Assembly: GCA_044892525.1 (NCBI GenBank)
Contig: CM097885.1
Location: forward strand, 74,772,001-74,836,000
DNA from: Schmidtea polychroa
Taxonomy: Eukaryota
DNA length: 64,000 nt
Direction: 5' to 3'
Part shown: one piece after another, positions 13,907 to 25,000 of the stretch
How positions within the stretch are numbered: the first letter of the stretch is position 1
Layout of the letters: the number at the start of each line of letters is the position of its first letter
Made by a program: the position numbers and the translations under genes
Notes under the pieces: generated by a model
What the model was told of the DNA's origin: nothing
Databases searched by the model: none
Seen by the model: the letters and a program-made list of their open reading frames with translations, nothing else

Positions 13907-16679
13907 GTGAATACTTTATTTGATATTTTACTTATGCAGTAATTATTATTATCTATATATATTAAAGATATATTTATCAAAAATTTTTAATGTACTTCGG
14001 TTAATGTATATTTCAATCTACTGAACACAAGGGGGTTAAATTAAAATCACCTGATCATTAATTAGGAGTTGTGTAAATTATAAGGGCTTTATGTGATTGA
14101 CATTAGAGTCCTATTCTCGAGTTTCTGTTAGTCGTATTATTTTCCCTTCTAGTGCATGAACTTGGGCTCGACTAAACCATGTCTCTAGCAGCTTGTATGA
14201 GTCCATAAGTTTTTGTGCGAGTTCTGCTCTAATCTCAGCGGTTTCTAACTTAATGAATTTCGAACATTACAAGTGGAAATCATTTAGACGGTCCTGGCAA
14301 CTGAATATGAGGGTGGTAATTAGATTTTAAATTTCTAACTCTAGATACGATTGTTAATTGCAATCACAAACATAATAGCTTCACATGATAAACGATAAGT
14401 GAAAAGTACTACAAATCCTGCACAAATAATTTATTGATACTCTTCGATCACTGACCTTGATGAACTCGTTTTCTCTTCTGCTCTTTTGTCGCACGTGTTT
14501 CTCCTATCTCGATTTACAACATCGACTCTGCAAAATTTTTAGCTTCAACTTTAAGCTTTCTATCTCTGAAATGTGATGTATAATATTCATAAACACTACA
14601 AGTGCCTGGAACCCTGTGACTGCCGCTCCTCGACTGCCCTGGCACAATGGAATCTTACACTATGGTGTTTTCTCCTAAATGAATCGGTGGCCAATCAGAA
14701 ATACCTTATCAAAACAATCTATTGCCAATTTCCCAAATTGGGTCAATTAATCTTATTTTAGTCTGCTCTAAAGATTCTCCTGGCCAAGTTCCTTTGTCAT
14801 TGTACATTGTTGCTGTTTATTAGAAATATTTTTCTTAGATAAACGAATTCAAAAATCTCTTTTCTTTAGTTAAATTAATAACTTTTAATGCCTCGTAGTT
14901 TTCCTCATCAGTCTAAATCATCCCGTTATTCAAATATTCCCTTTTGTAAGTTACACTAATGTTTTTAATCGGGAAGAATTCTCTTTAAATTTTCACATCA
15001 AACAAAATTTTATCGATGTAAGAAGAATATTAATATATTTATTTAATTATTGATTATATTTAATTTATATATTTATAATTATCAATGGAAGATTGTAAAG
15101 TGTTATGAATGAATTATGAATTATGATGAATTGCTCAAAATATTTAAAGATTATTTCTACAACAATTTGTCATTTTGTTTATTTAATTTGAATTCTAATA
15201 ATCGCTACGTAATGTTTAATGTCTCCTTAGAAGTAGACCAAAAGTAGTTTATTGTTAGATCTAAGCTATTAAAAGGGACTCTTATTTGAAGATTTATTCT
15301 CATTATTAAAGTCAGTTGGTTCCTTTGCATTAAGTCATTAATAAGACTTCACTTTAAGTGTTTAGGAGTTAATAAAGTCACAAGGGTGTTTTTATGCATA
15401 AATAACAGTTGATTTAACAGTATGACTCATTTCTTAACCATAATTATAGGCTTTATTTATACTACATTTTTTTTTACTATTTTCTTTTAATAGAAATTTT
15501 TTTTTATCCTTTTGTTGGCCAAATGCAGTGCACTTATTTGGCCATGTTTCAATTTAAATGATATATGCTTTCTGTGCTGCTTATGTTGAAAAATTCCAAA
15601 TTTTCATAGAATTGTTACGGTTTTCCATTTGTTTAGTTTTATTTGATCATTTTTCAATCATATTTAACTAGTGATGTACCGGTATCGTTTTTTTGAAACT
15701 TGCAGCAGCCGGAGCTGGTTTTTTAGAAAATAAACATGTATTTCCTTTTTACAGTATAAGTAGAAGGAACTCAGAATACATATCTTACTATTAAACAACA
15801 CAGACATCGAGGAAATGGAAATTAAATTTTAGAAAAATGAGTCGTTCTGCATTTAATAGAAGTAAACGCGAACGATGATCTGAAATGGCGTCGCCTATAG
15901 TACTAAAAACTCTCTAAGGGGACACTCGTTGAAGGTGAAGCCAGGCACCTGCGAGCTAAATTGGGCAGCGATGGGAAACGGTGCATATTCATATTCCACC
16001 TCTTTGCGAGGGGGAACACATTCAGCGAGGTACGTTGCAAGCTCTGCCTCCACTTGGGATGGTGCAGGAGAAGTAGGGGTGATGAGGACAATAGATCATT
16101 CAGAAAGGCCCAGGGACTATTCTCAAAAGCACATTCAATGCGTGAGTGCACTCCTGTATCTCTGCTTATATACGGGAGTGCATAATTTTGCTGGTCTGCT
16201 TGATTTGAAGCGTGAGTGCCACTTCACGTAATCTTTCGCAATTAAAATATGACATAGTCACAATCATTAGGCCTGATTAATAAGTGCACCTACTTACACA
16301 GTGAAAATGTGGTTATGTAAAATTGTGTGGGATAAAATAGCGTGAATACAAAAATATTGCAGAAATCATTTCCGTATTCCAATTTTCTAAAAAACCCTCG
16401 TGAAACAGGCAAAAATGCCGAAAATCCGACTTACCGGAACCTAAAACTGGTACATCCCTAATTTTAACTAACCAATCAAAATATTATACTATTTGTGAAA
16501 TAACGCGATCCTGTCTTATTGTAGGATCTTGAAAAGCTAGAAGAATCATGGCATGTTGAATCCTTGGAGTTGATGAAAACAATGGAAAAATTACAAGAAG
16601 AAAACAGTAATATGAAAACGTTACTGGAACAAGCTAATAAGAAACCTAAATTTAATTCCAAGAGATTTAGTTAGTTTTT

Positions 16680-16752
<73 letters not shown>

Positions 16753-19027
16753 CGCTTTCATAAAAGTTTAAAAATATATTATAGCATTTTAACTAGTAAT
16801 AAATGAGAAACAGTATGTCGTGTTGATAATTATTTATGAAATTTTTGATTTTTGTTTATTTAACTTTATAATAAAAATATAAATATTACTTAATTTCTCA
16901 ATTATTAATGGATGTTTTAAATTCAAGGAGTTCAGATCGAAACAGTAAGTTTATTACGTCTCATACTGCATTAGATATTCTCAAAATATAAATTACCTTA
17001 TGCAATCATTTCCGTAATAACTCTGTTTACAATGTTCTTCATGTCCTGCGCATAAATTTTTAACAAATTTAAAACACCTAAGTTTAATTCTTTATTTAGT
17101 CGGTTTAAAATATTCATAACTCCCACAACAGGATTCTTTTAAAAAGCCTCGCAAATAAATTCCGCATAATTTATTAGAAAACAACAAAAATCAGTGATAA
17201 TCGTGATTATACTCATTACTAGTGATGAAAATGAGTAATCACGAAATATAATGGTCGCCAAAGAGTAATAATAAAAAGAGTTAATCGTTAAACTTTTCAT
17301 GGAAACAATGTATTTTATGGATGAATTGTTCCTTTTGGATTACTTAAATCTGGTTAAACCATTAACGCAGGCCTTTATTATCAACGATTGGTCTTATTTG
17401 ATGAGCAAGTATCTATTGTGAATATATATGAAATAGTTTTTCAACATGATAATGTGAGACTCCAAACTACAAGGAACTTCACCATATAATCAAAAATATT
17501 TTAACTATTTTTATGTACCAATTTTTTGATAATATTTGAACATAGCCTTTGAAATGATCTAAAATTTATTTTTGTTACTATATTGTTATTTGATGAACAT
17601 TTGCTATTGCTGTATTATAATTGAACCAAGTAAAAATTTCAAGTACGAATGTCGATTATTTTGAACCTTACAGGTAAGCATCTTTGAGAAATAATAATAA
17701 TCCAAAATTTGAAATAGTAAATACCTTAAAATAGTTGAATAATTCTCAAATAAATAAAAGCAATTTCAGAATTTCTGGGAATAATCACTCTGAGTTTGCC
17801 CTGTTTCTTCACGAGGTCGTCCCTCTTTAAACATAAAACTGTGGTCATAAATTGCTAAATATTGATCAAATTTCCATCGTCTTCTAATCTTTTATATTTC
17901 AATATTCAGGTCAACAACTTGAAATTAAAAATGTACATTTAAAGCTCAAAGAAACAATGGATAAACAGGTTGAGGAAATCAAAGTATTGAAAAGGGAAAT
18001 TGCTCAAAGATGTATAGATTTTGATGCGGTAATATGCAAGTCAAACTTAGTTGTGCATGCTTTTTATGTGTTGTCCATTTATCGTCGTTATAATTATTTT
18101 TGGATAATCATATCTTATCAAATGAGGTTTATCATGAATGATCCCAATCACCATTAATTGTCATAATATTTAGAAAAGCTTTTTTTTATGGTAATTTATT
18201 TTTCTTACCTTTTCAATCACTTTGCCATTATATCAATGGAGGCATTTGAAAATCACTTTAATTTCCTCATTTCAATAAATTTAATAAACATGAAAAATTC
18301 ACCATTCATTTATTCATTACATCTGACTTTGTCTAATCCTAATATGTATATAATGAATTTGTTAGAATTGCGTCATTGTCATTATTAATCCATGGCTGTT
18401 TTCTATACATATATATAATATGTCTCATATATCAATTTATGATGCCCATTTTCACCATCATCTCCAATTCAGATGCAACAGCAATGTCTCAATCTCAGCA
18501 ATATAAATGCGGAAATTTGTGAGAATCACTGCAACAATAAAATGATGTCGAGACGATTAATTGAGGAAAAAGTTAACATTGAGGCTCAGATTCTTATTAA
18601 CAAGAAATCTTTTCAGCAAAACCATGTATGATATTATTAATACTATTGTTACTACTATTATTTATTATTATTTTTTATTATCTCTATTATTATGATTATT
18701 TAATTATTACTATTATGATTATTTAATTATTACTATTATTATTTTATTATTGTAATATAATAACTTATTTTCTAATTTCACCACTGATTTTTTTCCCATT
18801 GAATTTATTAAAAAGAGAGCTTGAAAACTATAAATCAGTGATATATCGATGTTTTTGATAATCACGAATTATCGGCACTGCCTTTTTCAAGTGAATTTTG
18901 AAAATTATGAAATTATGAAAATTCACTTGATAAAGGCAGTGCCGATAATTCATGTGTTTCAAAAACATCGATATATTACTGATTTATAGTTTTCAAGCTC
19001 TCTTTTTAATAAATTCATATTTTATTA

Positions 19028-19070
<43 letters not shown>

Positions 19071-22000
19071 ATTACTATTATTAATATTTAATTATTACTA
19101 TTATTATTTTATTATTAATATTATTATTATTAATTAAATTAACGAAAATAATAATTTTATTTAAACTAACAGAATATAGAGAAAATATTAACAGCTGTCC
19201 ATTGTCATTAGTTAAAAATAAAAATTAAATTCATACTAGTAGATTTATTGTTGCTAGTGGAGATATTTCCTTTTTCCTAGCGGTTGGATCAATATTTACA
19301 TTAACCAGCATGCGATTTTGCTATTATATATTAAAAGAAGATAGAATAATGCTGCAAATCAATATTGCTGGAATTGTTATCACAGCCTCATTTCGTCTCC
19401 ATGTAAAATAGTCAGTCAATATTATCTTATGCTTGGCGATCAAATTGTAATATTACATTGCTAACACGTAAAGCATTTGTTTCATAACGAACTATCCTGC
19501 ACTACATATTGTCAAGAGTTTATTTTTATTTTCACAATTTTTATCCAATTAGAATCGAATTCACAACTACGTTTGAGTAGTCTTGAATTTACACTCAAAT
19601 TGCAGAAATATTATTTAGGATTATTCAATATGTTATTCTATGTAATTATTATAATATTTTCTTGAATTTATACTTTAATCATTTCTTTCTTGGCTTTTCA
19701 GATTTTTTATGTATCTTCTTATCGAAACCTTCTCTCCATTCACTCTAAATATTGCCGGAAAACTGGAGCATAAATTGTAGAACCTGAGCGTGTAACCAAG
19801 CGTTATTTTAAATTAGATTATTTGAGACGAATTCATAGGTCATCATAGAATTAAAAATGAGGTTGTTGAAGTCGTTGTTTAATTCAGTACTTTAATATAC
19901 TGTTTTAATGAGAAAATATTATCCCTAAGGTGGGGATTTAAGTCTCTGATAAAACGTAATGTTGACCTGATTTTGATAATAGGAGAAACTTTATAAGGTT
20001 AATAAAAGCTTATAAGATTAATTTTTAATATTGGAGAAAATATGATCAGCATCTTTTAAAGACCTTCAAGATGTCGATATTTATATCTCCAAAGAGTCAT
20101 GTTAAAAGCTTTAAAATCTTATATAAAAATCAACTAATATTTCCATAAAAATAAATCATGTAAGTTCTATTAGGTTGTTCGGAAAGTAATTTCGTTTTTT
20201 TATGAAAATGAAATACGATTTTCTTACAGTGAATAAATATTTTATTGAATTACATATTGTTCATTCTGGTCTAATACCTTTTGTCGTCTTTCTGGCCATA
20301 TTATGATTCCACGATAATAAAACATTTGTTCTTAGATGGCCAAAACAACTGATCCATGTGATTTTCGACCTTATTTGAAGTAAAAGTTTTACCATCTAAA
20401 TATTTTTGTGGAGACCGCAACAAATATTTATCAGAAGGTGCCAGATTTATAAAATATGGTGGGTGTGGCAGTATATCCCATCCAAGTTGTAAAAGCTTTT
20501 GGCGAGTTATCAAACTTGTATGAGGTCTCGAATTATCTTGGTGGAACACTAAACCTATTCTATTGATCAATTCTGACCTTTTCTGTTTAAGTGAATCATT
20601 CAACTTGTCCAGCTGATGACTGTACACTTCAGAATTGATGGTTGTGTTATCCGGTAGAAGCTCAAAAAACGATTCCTTTGAAATCTCACCACTTTCGAAG
20701 TGCTTTGAGATGGTTCATCTTTTTTACACCATGATCTTTTGCATTTAACATTGTTTTAGTCAGTCCATTTCTCATCCCCAGTGATGATGCGCTTCAAAAA
20801 CGGATCATTTACTTGACGTTTGAGAAGCAAATCACAGACGTCAAGGGGATAGCACAAATTTCTTTCCGTAAGAACACGAGGAACCTATATGTCGAGATTT
20901 AAGATTAAATTTAGGCGTTTCAAATGATCATGAACTGTTGAATTCGATAAATGTAATCTCTCAGCGATATCATGAGTTGCTATTCGCTGCTTTGCATCAA
21001 TTAATGTCATTATTATGTCTTGATCAGCTTCAACCGGCCTTCCTAAACGTTGTGCATTTTCAACATCAAAATTGCCAAATCGAAATATTGTTAAACAGTT
21101 TTGACAATCTTTTCAACATTGGATAATTTTTTTCTTGATTGATTATCATTTTTACCTTTTTGATAGTAAATTAAATTTAAATTTATCTTTAAGTAGCTTT
21201 TGGCAAAATATTTAATTGTTCAGTTTTGTCTAGATTAGCATTTAACGAGTTCTTAATATCAGGTAATTCGTTTGTTGAGGTTCTAAATACAAAATGCTTT
21301 TTACAGGTGGATTAAAGATTAAAACTTTAACTATGAATGAACATCTTGCATTTCAACGAATAAAAATCAAGAGTGATCTATGTTCACAGTATGTAGGTAA
21401 CCAATAGTGCCTTTACAATCTTTTGGAATCTTTGGTTGTCATGGATTTTTCTATTTCATGATTTCTTTATATCGTTTTGTCTGTCATTCTCGATTTCAGG
21501 CATACTAACATTTTACTGATGTTGTAAGAAACAAGTTAAATGAGGCATGTAATTTATCTGAATTAATTAGCTAATTTAAATATTGTATATTTTTTTTAGA
21601 ATTTAATAAGTATGGTATGTAAATAATATATTCAAAATCTAAATTAATGGAATGATTGTAGAATGAAGTGTTGATATTTTCTTGCTCAAGATATTGTTGG
21701 CGTAAAGTAAAATACATTTTTCAATATTGAATCTATGAAATAAGAACTGCCAAATTCATACATGACAAATAAAATAACAGACAAATTTAAACTTGCCTAT
21801 AAACACAAATAAACATATCTAACACATAAAACGGAAGCGTCCGACATTCGTCACTTAAATATAATGAAAAAGGATGAATACGATCTTTGACTATTTCTCA
21901 AGTTTTTTTTTCACGGGAATATACTGTCTTCGACACGGAAAGGTTAGGCGGCATGTTGTTCAGGCCGGTGGTATATAACGAATTCCTGGATGGCCAGTTT

Positions 22001-25000
22001 TACAGCCTGTCATTATTAAACTGTTTTCCTATTTAGTTGTCCAAATTGCGTTTGACAGAGAAGAACAGGTGATAATCGCTTGGATTCAGGTCCCGACTAT
22101 AATGTGAATGTATAAGAACTTCATAACAAAACTCCATGAGCTTCTGGCAGGTCATAATGGATGTTTGAGGTCTTGCATTGTCCTGGTGGAACACAGCGTC
22201 TCTCATGTTAGCCTCTTCTAGTCGATTGGTGCTTTTAATTGGTCCACTTGCTGGCAAAAGAGATCTTTGAGAGAATTGAGTGATTGGCTATTGGGAGCAG
22301 CTCATAGTAAATGATTCCATTCCAATCCTACGAAACACACAGTAGGACTTTCCGGGCCGTCAATACCTATTTGGCCACCGTTTGCGCTGCTTCCCAGGCT
22401 TTCGACCATGAACGTTGTCGTTTGACAATTCTGTATGTGATCCATTTCTCGTCGTCATTCACCAACCTCTTTAGAAAGACCTCGATATCGTTCTTTTTTG
22501 CAAAGGCTTCGCAGATGGAAACACGGTTCATCAAGTTTTCTTATGTCAACTCGTGTGGTACCCAAACGCCAAGCTTCTTTTTGAACCTACTTTTATGTAG
22601 ATGATTTAAAACTGTTTTGTGGTTGATCTTTAGTTCCTGGGGGATGCTATGGCAGCTTTTATGCCGGTCTATGTCAACCATTTCCAAGATTTTATCCACA
22701 TTTTCGACGATAACCCTTCCAGAGCGTAGTGCATCTTTCACATAAAATTTACCGTAACCAAATTGTTGAAACCAAAATTGTTCTTGATTGGCTGTTACAG
22801 TATTTGAACTATAAACACCATTTACAATTTAAAATAAAATTGTAGAACATACCGAAAGTTATCTTTGTTCATCTCCATCTTTAAAGCTCTAACTCTCAAC
22901 TAAAGCTATCAATTACAACAATAGCAAAATGTACTTTTTTTGTAGGGAAATCCCTCTCTTCTACGAGTATAACTTTCATGTGATATGATAAATACAAACA
23001 AAATATATGCCGGTAATCCCATCTATCAACCAAATAATGGATTACTTTTTCCTAGACCTAATATTTTTGTAAAAGAAATTTGATTTTTATCCATAAATTT
23101 ATTTTTATCTTCATGATCTGAAAAATCACCGAAATTTTCTGCTTATTGTATAATTAAATATTTATTTGTGTTAGTGGTCTTGCTACTTATTGGACACAGT
23201 GGATGATCTGTGTCTTAGTATCGTGGCTGGGATATTTATTTATTATTTGACCTAATTGTAGTCCATTTATCAAAATTTAGGAAATATAAAGAATATAATA
23301 ATATTAATACAGCCTAATTCGTGTCAATAATCCAGTGTATGTGTAGATTGAAGCGAATCTTGACACAGAATAAAAGCCCAAGCTAATTAACTCACTCAAT
23401 TTCTTTCTAATATTATTTCAGACATATTTGTTTTTGTAACATTTTTGCATAAGTTACTACTGGTTTCCCTGTAATTTAGTTAGAAAGTATTTATTTTCCA
23501 ATGGAAGTCAGTTATAAAAATGTTTTAATACTCCTAAGTGCGATGGAAATCAATAAATTATAAATTTATATATTTTCATACATAGTTTCTCTGCGGCCCT
23601 CTGTATGTTTATTAATCGGATAATTATACTAATTCCTAAAATAATTATGTTTCTGCAGTTGCATTTGTTCCCCATTCTTAGTAAAATGATAAATCACTTT
23701 CTAGGCATATTAAATATGTCTCTTTTTGTATGGGATCTCATTAAATATTGTGGTACCGATACATTTAATCTTACATGAAATAATCTGGTATTTCGAGGAA
23801 TAGATTTTTATTTTATTTTAAATTTTTAATGAATGTCTATTAATGAGATTCGATGGTTTCTTATAATTTGGAATTTTAATAGGATCTACGGAGTAAATTT
23901 GTAATTTAAAATTTATATTATTCGTTTTGACTTGATGTCAGTCACCAACGAATTTATTAACTAGAACAGTAAGTCAAGCTCACGTTCACGATATTTCAGT
24001 ACTTTAGGAGTAATTTGCATGGAGGTGTTCACTCACTGTAGATTTGGTTCTGAATAGCAGACCCGTGTAAATTTGTTTCACCAATTTTTCTATGCTTATT
24101 CCAATGCTAGGTGTAATAGGATTTTTCTACTTTCAGGACGATGTTTTTATTGACGATTGCTTGAAAACTGATAAAATTTCTCAAAGTAATGTAAGCGATA
24201 TCAATTTCAGTTGGGAGGAAGTTCATGAATATCTGCAAGATTGTCGTAGATTGAAATCAGAAGTAAATGAGAAAGAGGGCCAATTGCTTATTTATCGGCA
24301 TAGCGTGTATCAAGAGATTTTATTACTATATCTTTTTACTATCGATATTCTTTTCAGCATTGAAGATGATGAAGTTCAAGGTCCAATCAATAAAGAGCCG
24401 GTGGATAAAATGAGTCCATCTTATTGTCAACGAAGTGGTATTAGACAATAGTATGTTTAAATTCCAAATTAATGAGATTTATTATTTGGTTCCTTTGGAG
24501 CCTTCTTCAGTTAATATTACACAATTTACTTTTTAAATNNNNNNNNNNNNNNNNNNNNNNNNNNNNNNNNNNNNNNNNNNNNNNNNNNNNNNNNNNNNNN
24601 NNNNNNNNNNNNNNNNNNNNNNNNNNNNNNNNNNNNNNNNNNNNNNNNNNNNNNNNNNNNNNNNNNNNNNNNNNNNNNNNNNNNNNNNNNAATTCACCAC
24701 TGATTTTAATAGATACAATGTGACTTTCTGTATGTCACAGCATAAATCTAAGCCTGATTAATAAAATAAGTTTAATTTATTGCTGTTGTAATTAGTCTAT
24801 CTTGATGTTATTAATTTTATTTTTATGAATTATCTGTTTATCGAGACCTAGAATTAAGGATTGGGTATTCAGTAACTAATATCAAATTTAAAATAATTTA
24901 TTTATCTTATAATAATTAATTATAAAAAATTTTATTTCTCCATTTATTCTTGTTATCAAATATTTATTAATTAAATCGTTAGTAAATCATGCAAAATCTT

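Noticed and set aside
21242-21388. Two exon-like segments in RILPL intron 4
   Set aside because: Their phases do not fit the flanking phase-0 exons, and the peptide has no RILP-family resemblance.
24472-24723. ORFs containing long X runs (also 32309-32608 and 47537-47776)
   Set aside because: Artefacts of assembly gaps.
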